DNA of 28,319 nt from Candidatus Velthaea sp. Its GTDB lineage: Bacteria; Vulcanimicrobiota; Vulcanimicrobiia; Vulcanimicrobiales; Vulcanimicrobiaceae. The position numbers were made by a program, and so were the translations under genes. The notes beneath the pieces are model-generated. The model made no database searches. It was not told where the DNA came from and saw nothing but the letters and a program-made list of their open reading frames with translations. This document shows positions 7,926-20,544 of this stretch, in pieces. How positions within the stretch are numbered: the stretch's first letter is position 1; every line of letters begins with the position of its first letter. The DNA lies in the NCBI GenBank assembly GCA_050012475.1, contig JBEKHC010000067.1:1-28319 (forward strand). The letters run 5' to 3'.

Positions 7926-9040
7926 GCTTCGATCTGGCTCTTGGGGCGTCGCAGCGGCACCCAGAACGCGACCGTCGTGCCGGTGCCTTCGGTGCTGGCG
8001 ATCTGCAGGCCCGACCGCGGACCGTAGGCTCCGATCAGCCGCTGATGGACGTTGTTGAGGCCCAGGCCTAGCCCCGCTCCGAACCCGCGCTCGAGCACGG
8101 TGTGCACGCGGTCGGCGGCGATCCCGATACCGTCGTCGACGATCGAAATTTCGATGCCCGTATAGCGGAACCGCGCACGGATGCGAATCGAGCCGTGGTC
8201 GCGCGAACCAATCCCGTGCGCGATCGCATTTTCGACCAGCGGTTGGATCGAAAGAACCGGCACGAGCGCCAGCCGCGAGCGCGCGTCGACCTCGAAGGCG
8301 ACCCGCAAGTTCGATCCGAAGCGCGCGTGCTCGAAACGCAAATAACGTTCGACGTTTTCGAGTTCTTCGTCGAGCGTGACGAATTCGCCGTGACGGGCAA
8401 GCGTTTCGCGAAAATACTCCGCGAAGTCGACGAGCAGATCGTGGGCGCGCGTCGGATCGGTGCGGGTCAATGCCGCGATCGTCGTCAGCGTGTTGAAGAG
8501 AAAGTGCGGCGAGATCTGCGCGCGCAGCGCTTCGAGTTCGGCCTGGGTGACGAGCGCCGCGCGCGCGTCGAGTTCGGCGATCTCCAAATACACGCTGAAG
8601 ACGCGCGCCAGCCCGATCGCCACGCGCGCGTCGCGCTCTTCCATGTCGCGGCCCGCGCGATACATCTTGAGCGCGCCCACGACGTGGCCCCGGACGACGA
8701 ACGGCGCAACGGTGACCGCGGTGAGCGGACAATTGCGAAACGGGCAGCCGATGTCTTCGGGATTCGAGGTCGTATAAGGCCGGCCCGAAGCCAGGGTGCG
8801 CCGGGTGACGTCGGTGAGGTTCGGTTTGCCTTCCAGATGATGATCGCTACCGGCGCCGACGAACGCCAGGACCCCATCCGTCGCCGACACGACCGCAGCC
8901 GCGTCGAGGCCCAAGTTCTCGTATACCAGCCGGGCCGTGAACTGGGCCGACTCCGCCCGCAAGCCGCCGCGCAGATGCGGCAGCGCTTCGACCAGCAAAT
9001 CGAGCACCGTTTGTTCGCGCCCGGGATAGTCTCGGATCAT
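7922..9040 (-). CDS. LytS/YehU-family sensor histidine kinase, soluble GAF-only form
   Basis: GAF region (LAFVGAGSDHH, IGCPFRNCPL, GALKMY), H-box ELEALRAQISPHFLFNTL, IQPLVENAIAHG, DDGIG, GLGLNNVHQRL. No transmembrane segments are apparent. Confidence 0.93.
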   Translation of the reverse strand: MIRDYPGREQTVLDLLVEALPHLRGGLRAESAQFTARLVYENLGLDAAAVVSATDGVLAFVGAGSDHHLEGKPNLTDVTRRTLASGRPYTTSNPEDIGCPFRNCPLTAVTVAPFVVRGHVVGALKMYRAGRDMEERDARVAIGLARVFSVYLEIAELDARAALVTQAELEALRAQISPHFLFNTLTTIAALTRTDPTRAHDLLVDFAEYFRETLARHGEFVTLDEELENVERYLRFEHARFGSNLRVAFEVDARSRLALVPVLSIQPLVENAIAHGIGSRDHGSIRIRARFRYTGIEISIVDDGIGIAADRVHTVLERGFGAGLGLGLNNVHQRLIGAYGPRSGLQIASTEGTGTTVAFWVPLRRPKSQIEA

Positions 9041-9915
9041 ACGGCGTGAAATGCTCCGTTGGCGATCACGTAGCGCAAGAAGCGCTGCGCGCCGCTCGGC
9101 AAATCGCGTTTGCGCCCGCCCACGAGGTGCCAGTCGCGCACCATCGGCGTGATCGGCGTCGGGATCTCATTCAACGTTCCGTCGGCGAGCTCGCGGGCGA
9201 CGGCGTCACGCGAAACGAGCGAGATACCCAAGCCGACGCGCACGCACTCGCGAATCGCACCGTTCGAGCCGATGGTGACGGCCGGCGGCGCGATCCCCAA
9301 TTCGGCAAACACCGTTTCGGTGGTCTCGCGGGTCCCTGAACCGGGCTCGCGCAACAGCCAGGTCGCACGGGCCAGATCCGCGATCGTATACGCCCGGTTG
9401 GGCGGCCCGACGACCACGACCGCGTTGGAACGGATGGCCAGCGTAACGAATTGCTCGTGCTGGGGCGGGCGCCCGGCCAGCACCAAGTCGGCCTCCCAAT
9501 GCGCGAGCCGGTCCCAGACCTGATCCTTGTTGGCAACCTCGAGATGCAGGTCGACCGGTTCGAGCTCGGCCTGAAAGCCGCTGAGCAGTTCGGGCAGGAG
9601 CTGCTCCGCCGCGGTCGGCACGGCCGCCAGCGACAGCCGGCGCGACGTGGGGTGGGCGGCGGCGCGGGCCTCGTCGACGGCCTCATCGAGCAGCGCGAAG
9701 ATTCGGCGACCGTACGTGGCCAGCCGTTCACCGGCCGCCGTCAGCCGCACCCCGCGGCCGTCGCGCTCGACGATGGGCGCCCCGACCTCTTTTTGCAGAC
9801 CCGCCAGCGCCGACGACACCGCCGGCTGCGAGATCACCAGCCGTTCCGCCGCGAGCCGAACTGAGCCGCGTTCGGCAACCTCGAGGAACGTGCGCACCTG
9901 GTTGAGGGACAACAT
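9037..9915 (-). CDS. cbbR: LysR-type regulator CbbR
   Basis: LysR HTH (LNQVRTFLEV...AAERL.ISQPAVS) and REPGSGTR motif typical of the CbbR/CysL group. Divergent from cbbL. Stop overlaps the kinase ATG (ATGA). Confidence 0.9.
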   Translation of the reverse strand: MLSLNQVRTFLEVAERGSVRLAAERLVISQPAVSSALAGLQKEVGAPIVERDGRGVRLTAAGERLATYGRRIFALLDEAVDEARAAAHPTSRRLSLAAVPTAAEQLLPELLSGFQAELEPVDLHLEVANKDQVWDRLAHWEADLVLAGRPPQHEQFVTLAIRSNAVVVVGPPNRAYTIADLARATWLLREPGSGTRETTETVFAELGIAPPAVTIGSNGAIRECVRVGLGISLVSRDAVARELADGTLNEIPTPITPMVRDWHLVGGRKRDLPSGAQRFLRYVIANGAFHAV

Positions 9916-9979
9916 AATCTGTAGGTTATGAATAAAAACAGAAAATGTATTTGACGTCAATAGATCGACGTGCAACGAT
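9913..9979. promoter_or_regulatory. cbbR/cbbL divergent control region with CbbR-type site and cbbL promoter
   Basis: AT-rich. Inverted repeat CATAA-N8-TTATG (9913-9930) fits the TNA-N7/8-TNA CbbR pattern. TTGACG (9951-9956) is followed 17 nt later by AACGAT (9974-9979) with an upstream TG. Confidence 0.65.
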
Positions 9980-9981
9980 GA

Positions 9982-11577
<1,596 letters not shown>

Positions 11578-11605
11578 AAAGGCGTTCCGGCTTTCGCCTC
11601 CACGC

Positions 11606-11630
11606 CCCCCATGCGCAGCGCGTATGGGGG
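11606..11630 (+). other. Intercistronic stem-loop between cbbL and cbbS
   Basis: CCCCCATGCGC-AGC-GCGTATGGGGG, an 11-bp stem with one G-U pair and no U-tract. Confidence 0.55.
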
Positions 11631-11692
11631 CTCCACGTACCGTTTCAAGCTGCGATTCTTCGCGGCGCCGCAATGTTTAGGAGTTTGACTGT

Positions 11693-12115
11693 ATGCGAGT
11701 AACGCAAGGAACGTTTTCTTATCTTCCCGATCTGACCGACGAGCAGATCGGGAAGCAAATCCAGTACGCGCTGGACAACAACTGGCCGATCTCGATCGAG
11801 TACACCCACGATCCGCACCCGCGCAACTCCTACTGGGAGATGTTCGGCTTGCCGATGTTCGATCTCAAAGACGCTGCGGCGATCATGGGCGAGGTCACCC
11901 GCGCGCGCACTGAGTACCCCGACTCCTACATCAAGGTCAACGCCTACGACGCCCGCTACGGCCGGCAGACCACGGCTTTGAGCTTCATCATCAACCGGCC
12001 GGCCAACGAGCCCGGTTTCCGACTCGAGCGCCAGAACGCCAACGATCGCGTTCAACGCTATACGATCAAGGCGTATGCGGTCGATGAGCCGCGGGAGACC
12101 CGCTACTCGACATGA
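11693..12115 (+). CDS. cbbS: RuBisCO small subunit, red-type
   Basis: [56 protein letters not shown], plus the red-type C-terminal extension [17 protein letters not shown]. Confidence 0.98.
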   Translation: MRVTQGTFSYLPDLTDEQIGKQIQYALDNNWPISIEYTHDPHPRNSYWEMFGLPMFDLKDAAAIMGEVTRARTEYPDSYIKVNAYDARYGRQTTALSFIINRPANEPGFRLERQNANDRVQRYTIKAYAVDEPRETRYST

Positions 12116-13014
12116 GTGCCGAACCCGAGCAAGAGACGCCGCTCGACATTTCGGCGGCCTACGCCGAATCGAACATCGGCGCGATCGTCGAACAGCTCGA
12201 TCGCGAGCTGATCGGCCTCGCGCCGGTCAAGAGCCGCATTCGCGAGATTGCGGCGCTCTTGCTCGTCGACCGCCTGCGCAAGCGCGTGGGCTTGGCGACC
12301 GAACCGCCGCCGCTGCACATGTCGTTCACCGGCGGTCCGGGAACCGGCAAAACCACCGTCGCGATGCGGATGGCCGAAATCCTCAAGAGCCTGGGTTACG
12401 TGCGCAAAGGCCATCTCGTGGCCGTTACCCGCGACGATCTGGTGGGCCAGTTCATCGGCCACACCGCACCCAAGACCAAAGAAGTCATCAAGCGCGCGAT
12501 GGGCGGCGTGCTGTTCATCGACGAAGCCTACTATCTTTACAAAGCCGAGAACGAGCGCGACTACGGCGGCGAAGCGATCGAGATTTTACTTCAGTCGATG
12601 GAGAACAATCGCGACGATCTCGTGGTGATCTTCGCGGGCTACAAAGATCGCATGGACAGCTTCTTCACCAGCAATCCGGGCCTCAAATCGCGCGTCGGCA
12701 ACCACATCGACTTTCCCGACTACTCACCCGAAGAGCTGATGCAGATCGCCGAACTCATGGTCGACAAACTCAGCTACCGCTTCACCGCCGAAGCCCGCGC
12801 GGCGTTCGAAGACTACCTCAAGCGCCGCATGGCGCAGCCGTTTTTCGCCAACGCGCGCAGCGTTCGCAACGCCATCGGGCGCACGCGCTTACGCCAAGCC
12901 AATCGGCTCTTTGCCCTGGGCGGCGTGCTGACCCGCGACGAACTCATGACCATCGAAGCCGAGGATATCCGCAAAAGCCGCGTCTTCGACGACGCGAACC
13001 CGCCACCGAAGTAG
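12112..13014 (+). CDS. cbbX: CbbX red-type RuBisCO activase (AAA+)
   Basis: [80 protein letters not shown] overlap with cbbS. Confidence 0.97.
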   Translation: MSAEPEQETPLDISAAYAESNIGAIVEQLDRELIGLAPVKSRIREIAALLLVDRLRKRVGLATEPPPLHMSFTGGPGTGKTTVAMRMAEILKSLGYVRKGHLVAVTRDDLVGQFIGHTAPKTKEVIKRAMGGVLFIDEAYYLYKAENERDYGGEAIEILLQSMENNRDDLVVIFAGYKDRMDSFFTSNPGLKSRVGNHIDFPDYSPEELMQIAELMVDKLSYRFTAEARAAFEDYLKRRMAQPFFANARSVRNAIGRTRLRQANRLFALGGVLTRDELMTIEAEDIRKSRVFDDANPPPK

Positions 13015-13015
13015 C

Positions 13016-13038
13016 CGGGTTGCGCTTCGCGCAACCCG
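13016..13038 (+). terminator. Perfect hairpin directly after the cbbX stop (possible terminator or 3' stabiliser)
   Basis: CGGGTTGCGC-TTC-GCGCAACCCG, a 10-bp perfect stem with no immediate U-tract. Confidence 0.5.
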
Positions 13039-13147
13039 TGGCGTTCGGCGCCGCGCGCCGAGCCTCGCGTGGCGTTTTGGGTTTTGCGGCTGCGCCGGAA
13101 GCCGCGTGGCGTTCAGCGCTGCGCATCGAGCCGCGGTGGCGCTTCGG
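13037..13147. repeat. Degenerate ~44-bp direct repeat, two copies
   Basis: 13037-13080 cgtggcgttcggcgccgcgcgccgagcctcgcgtggcgttttgg versus 13105-13147 cgtggcgttcagcgctgcgcatcgagccgcggtggcgcttcgg. Confidence 0.6.
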
Positions 13148-13194
13148 CTTCGGCGGAAACCTGCGGGCAACATGTTCGGCGTACGCTTCTTACG

Positions 13195-13902
13195 ATGCGT
13201 ATCGTTGGGCGGGTTACCGCCGTGTTTTTAGCTGTTCTGGCGGCTTGGATTCCGGTTGACGCGGGCGCCGACACGGTGTACGTGCCCGGACCGCGGATCG
13301 AGGTTCCGTCGTTGACGCCGCGGGCGTATGCCGCGATCGAAGCCCGCACGCGCGCAACGCATTTCGTGCGGAGCGATGACGGTCCGCGCTACGTCATCTA
13401 CGGCGCCAATGCAAAAACGCCACCGTTCCCCAGCGATCTCACGCCGGCGCGGGGCCGGGCGTACCTCGACACCTTCGCACGTGTCGCGCCGAGCATGAAC
13501 TGCCGAACCGACGACGTCGCCCACGCGTACGAATTCCTGCTGCAGGCGGCGCTATGGGCCTTCAACGGCACGCACTTCGAGCAATTCGCCCCCGGACCGA
13601 CGATCGCGTGCGGTGCGCGCTCGTTCGGCGCGGTCTCCCTGGACGATCGCGTTCACATTTTTTTGGGCGGGGCGCCCGGTTTCAGCCTGCTCTCCGACCG
13701 GGCAAAACGATCGCTGTACGAGACCCTCGTCGTCGTCGGTGGATACTTGCTCGACAACGTTGCCCGGGCCAAGCCGGGTTCGCCGGCAATGAGCAAGGCC
13801 AGAGCCGATGCGGCGGGTGTGGTGCGCTCACTCACCGGCTTTCGCGCCTCGCGCGTGCATCTCACGGCAGCGGGGGTCTCGATCGACGATCAAGCGCGCT
13901 GA
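13195..13902 (+). CDS. Secreted hypothetical protein, DUF6683-like
   Basis: Signal-peptide-like N-terminus (MRIVGRVTAVFLAVLAAWIPVDAGA). The segments DDVAHAY, LSDRAKRSLYETL and the C-terminal TGF..SRVHLTAAGV recall DUF6683 proteins (family call from memory). Confidence 0.65.
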   Translation: MRIVGRVTAVFLAVLAAWIPVDAGADTVYVPGPRIEVPSLTPRAYAAIEARTRATHFVRSDDGPRYVIYGANAKTPPFPSDLTPARGRAYLDTFARVAPSMNCRTDDVAHAYEFLLQAALWAFNGTHFEQFAPGPTIACGARSFGAVSLDDRVHIFLGGAPGFSLLSDRAKRSLYETLVVVGGYLLDNVARAKPGSPAMSKARADAAGVVRSLTGFRASRVHLTAAGVSIDDQAR

Positions 13903-14581
13903 CCGCGCTCGGCGATGGTTAGGGCAGCTGGTCGATGCGATCTTGGGCCGAACTCGGATACAGAACGGGTCCCGCGTCGAGAACGAAAGCGGCAAGTAAT
14001 GCAACAACGGATACGGCGGCTACGACAGTCATGTTGGTTTCCAAAACTACAATTGAGGTACGGGGTTAACGACGTTGTATGGCTTTGAACCATTCGTCGA
14101 CAACGACATTATCTCACGTTTCAACGTTTTGTTTTCCGTCTTTTCCGACAGCTGCGTCAATGAAAGATACCGTTCTCGCCTTACCGTCAAGGACGCTTAA
14201 CTTCCAAGCCGCCCCTGGTCTAAAAAGGCTTCTTTACGCTTAGCCGAGCGCTTGTAGCGGCAGAATTCGAGGCGGTGCGATTACCCTTACGGTGTTTATT
14301 TCCAATCGATGTTAACGACGACGGCAAGAATCTCCATACTGCTAAGCGCGTTGCAGATTCATCTTTCGTTTCAAACATTTACGGTAAATTGATTTTCGCT
14401 AACCGCTTTTGCCGGGCCCATACTCCCGGCAATTATCAACGTTCCGACTTGGCAATAGGCGGACATCAGGCAGGCCGGATCCTCGTTCGTGGCCAGGCGC
14501 GAAACGGGCCGACGTGGTTGGCTTTTTGGCACCGCCGGAAATCCGCGGACGGAATTCGGAAGCCGGCCGACGAGGCTGGGG

Positions 14582-14670
14582 TCCACGTGTGCGTCTCGAG
14601 AGCGACGCACACGTGGAAACCCGGGACCGGCCGTTCGGGGGCAGCTGCGAGTTAAACTGCGCCCCGAACG
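14582..14670. terminator. Two strong hairpins downstream of katG
   Basis: TCCACGTGTGCGTC-N8-GACGCACACGTGGA (14582-14617, perfect 14 bp) and CGTTCGGGG...CCCCGAACG (14632-14670) followed by CTTTT on the + strand. Confidence 0.55.
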
Positions 14671-14683
14671 CTTTTCGGCGAGA

Positions 14684-18039
<3,356 letters not shown>

Positions 18040-18111
18040 CGCGCCGGGGAGTGGAAACGGCCTGACGAATCCCGAGGCGCCAGCCGGTTGGAAGTCGTAT
18101 CAATCCGGACG

Positions 18112-18843
18112 ATGATGAAGCGAGTCAACGTTGCGGTTACACCAGCGGCGGTCGCCATTGGTTTGCGCGGATTCGTTGTCGTCGTCATCGACGTGCTGCG
18201 CGCAACGACGACGATTACGCGAGCACTCGAGAACGGTGCGCAGTCGGTTATCCCGTGCTTGGAACCCGAAGATGCGATCGCGGTGCGCAATCGCGTCGGC
18301 CGCGACCGGGTGCTGCTCGGCGGGGAGCGTGGGTCGCAGAAGATCAACGGCTTCGATCTCGACAACTCGCCGGCATCGTACGAATCGGCAACGATCGTGG
18401 GCAAGACGGTGGCGTTCACGACCACGAACGGCACGCGCGCCTTGCAGCGCGTGGGTCACGCCGGCGCCGCCGCTGTGCTCTGCGGCTCGCTCAACAATCG
18501 GGACGCGATCGTGACCGCCATCGCCGCGATCGATGCGAAAGAAGCCCTCTTGGTCTGCGCCGGACAAGACGGCGAATTTTCCTTCGAAGACTTCTTCTGC
18601 GCCGGAGCGATCGCCAACGAATGCAGCGAGCGCTTTCGGGACGTGGCGCTCAGCGACGCGGCGCTCGCGGCCGCGGTGACGTATCGTAACGGTGAGCACC
18701 GCATCGCCGACGCAATCGCGAGCGGCGAACATGCTCAGTCGCTGGGCGCGTTGGGTTTCGGCGAGGACATCATCGATGCGGCCCGGCTGGACATCAGCTC
18801 GGTGATCCCCATCTATCGCGACGGCGAAATCTTCCGCCTGTAG
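18112..18843 (+). CDS. comB: 2-phosphosulfolactate phosphatase (ComB) family protein
   Basis: VVVIDVLRATTTI..AL.NGA, LLGGERG..KI.GFDLDNSP, FTTTNGTRAL, VCAG..GEFSFEDFFCAGAI. Start is uncertain (18088-18115). Confidence 0.9.
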   Translation: MMKRVNVAVTPAAVAIGLRGFVVVVIDVLRATTTITRALENGAQSVIPCLEPEDAIAVRNRVGRDRVLLGGERGSQKINGFDLDNSPASYESATIVGKTVAFTTTNGTRALQRVGHAGAAAVLCGSLNNRDAIVTAIAAIDAKEALLVCAGQDGEFSFEDFFCAGAIANECSERFRDVALSDAALAAAVTYRNGEHRIADAIASGEHAQSLGALGFGEDIIDAARLDISSVIPIYRDGEIFRL

Positions 18844-18944
18844 GGATGCTCTGATTTCGCCCTGGACTGCGTGCTACGCGGCTCATTGGCTGAAGCAAAC
18901 TTCGCCGCTCGGCTCCTTGCCAGGACGAAATCAGAGAAGCGCTA
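18841..18944. mobile_element. MITE/REP-like palindromic element between convergent genes
   Basis: 25-nt terminal inverted repeats (18841-18865 and 18920-18944, 21/25 match, inner 16/17) enclosing 54 nt. The element ends coincide with the TAG stop codons of both flanking genes. Confidence 0.5.
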
Positions 18945-19412
18945 CGGAGCGTCGTCGGGGAATGGGGCGACCACGACGCCGGGCGTGCGCACGTCGACTT
19001 TGGCTTGGCGCGCGTCGTAGCGGACGCTGGAACCGAACGCATCGGCGATGACGCTGCTGGGAACCATCGCTCGGCCGCGCACGGTGAAGGGTGCATGCGC
19101 GAGCATGACGTGTCTGCCGTTGAGGGTCGCCGCCCGCTCACCGAGTTTGAGCGTGAGCGTGTCGCTGCCGCGCCGAACGGTGATCGTGCGGCTCGGCTCG
19201 TCGAACGTCGTCGTTCCGCCGGTCGCTTCGGAGATCGCGCGGATCGGCAAATAAGCTTGGGCCACCGTGGTGACCGGAGCGACGTCGGCCACGATGCGCT
19301 GGCCGTCAACGCTCATCGTCGCCGGCGTGGAAACAGCGACGGTCACCGACGCAACCGCCGCCGCAGCTGCGGTTCCGAAAACGAGTCTTGCGCTAGGCAG
19401 GAGTTGCTTCAC
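18942..19412 (-). CDS. Copper amine oxidase N-terminal (stalk) domain protein, likely exported
   Basis: Hydrophobic N-terminus, then VDGQ....DVAP...AYLPIRAISEATG..., LKLGE..ATLNG....L..APF...GRAMVP. Overlaps the end of ispG. Confidence 0.85.
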   Translation of the reverse strand: MKQLLPSARLVFGTAAAAAVASVTVAVSTPATMSVDGQRIVADVAPVTTVAQAYLPIRAISEATGGTTTFDEPSRTITVRRGSDTLTLKLGERAATLNGRHVMLAHAPFTVRGRAMVPSSVIADAFGSSVRYDARQAKVDVRTPGVVVAPFPDDAP

Positions 19413-20544
19413 GGTGAATCTCGTGCAGGAAGTCCGGGTATTGCTCGGCGATCACTTTCTCGATTTCCAGACGCAGCGCGGCGAGCAAACGGTCTTCGGG
19501 AAAGGTGCCCACCAGCAATCCCTTGCGGTAGATTGCGCCCTTACCCTTGCCTCCAGCGATACCCACATCGGCCATTTTCGACTCACCCGGGCCATTGACA
19601 ACACAGCCCATAACGGCAACTTTTACCGGAGCCGTGTATTCTTTGGCGATCGCCTCGACGGATCGCGCGAGATCGACGACTTGAATTTCCGCCCGGCCGC
19701 ACGACGGGCAAGCCGTGATGTCGAATCCCTTCTCGCGCAGCCCGAGCGCTTTGAGAATTCCCCAGGCAACCGGCACTTCTTCGATCGGGTCGGCGGCTAA
19801 CGACACGCGCAGCGTATCGCCGATGCCCTCCCACAGCAGGATGCCCAAACCGATCGAACTCTTGATCGTCCCCTCGCGCGGCAAGCCGGCTTCGGTGACG
19901 CCAAGATGCAGCCCGTACGGTGTGTTCCGTTCGGCCAGCCGCTTGTCCATCATGCGGTAGGCGTAGACGGTGGTCGGCGCGTCGTGCGCTTTGAGACTGA
20001 TGACGATATCGGTATGACCGAGATCTTCGAGGATCTCGATGTGGCGCACCGCCGACTCGACCATCGCCTCGGGCGTGTGGCCGAGTTTGAGTTCAAGATC
20101 GTGCGCCAGGGAACCCATATTGACGCCGATGCGAATGGGCGTGCCGCGCTGCTTGGCGGCCTCCACGACCTCGCGCGTTTTTTTCGGATCGGTGATGTTC
20201 CCCGGATTGAGCCGCAATTTGGCCACGCCGGCGTCGATCGCGGCCAGCGCCATGCGATGATCGAAATGGATGTCGGCCACGATCGGAACGGGACTGCGCT
20301 TGACGATGTGCGGCAAGCCCGCCGCATCGCGCGGATCCTGGCACGTCACGCGCACGACCTCGCAACCTGCCATCGCCAGCCCGTACACTTGCTCGAGCGT
20401 CTTGTCGTAATCGGCCGTGTCGGTGGTCGTCATCGACTGCACCGCAATCGGATGATCGCCGCCGATCCAGACGCCTTTGGCATCGGACTCGCCGGATTTG
20501 TTCTTGAGAAAGACCGGCTTCGATTTGCGCCGCAGACGGATCAC
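19393..20544 (-). CDS. ispG: (E)-4-hydroxy-3-methylbut-2-enyl-diphosphate synthase
   Basis: IGGDHPIAVQSMT, VADIHFD, RLNPGNI, IRIGVNMGSL, LHLGVTEAG, GIGDTLRVSL, CPSCGR and MGCVVNGPGE (4Fe-4S ligands). Confidence 0.97.
   Translation of the reverse strand: MIRLRRKSKPVFLKNKSGESDAKGVWIGGDHPIAVQSMTTTDTADYDKTLEQVYGLAMAGCEVVRVTCQDPRDAAGLPHIVKRSPVPIVADIHFDHRMALAAIDAGVAKLRLNPGNITDPKKTREVVEAAKQRGTPIRIGVNMGSLAHDLELKLGHTPEAMVESAVRHIEILEDLGHTDIVISLKAHDAPTTVYAYRMMDKRLAERNTPYGLHLGVTEAGLPREGTIKSSIGLGILLWEGIGDTLRVSLAADPIEEVPVAWGILKALGLREKGFDITACPSCGRAEIQVVDLARSVEAIAKEYTAPVKVAVMGCVVNGPGESKMADVGIAGGKGKGAIYRKGLLVGTFPEDRLLAALRLEIEKVIAEQYPDFLHEIHREATPA

Noticed and set aside
7926..8732. Apparent 510-aa LytTR protein
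   Set aside because: The upstream part is an alternative frame of the kinase gene. The REC domain begins at GTG 7925.
14275..14655. 126-aa ORF and the opposite 79-aa ORF (14371-14610) in the low-GC spacer
   Set aside because: No RBS or motifs, atypical codon usage, and both run through the strong hairpins.
18112..18843. Coenzyme M biosynthesis
   Set aside because: Only a ComB homologue is present, and orphan ComB proteins are widespread.
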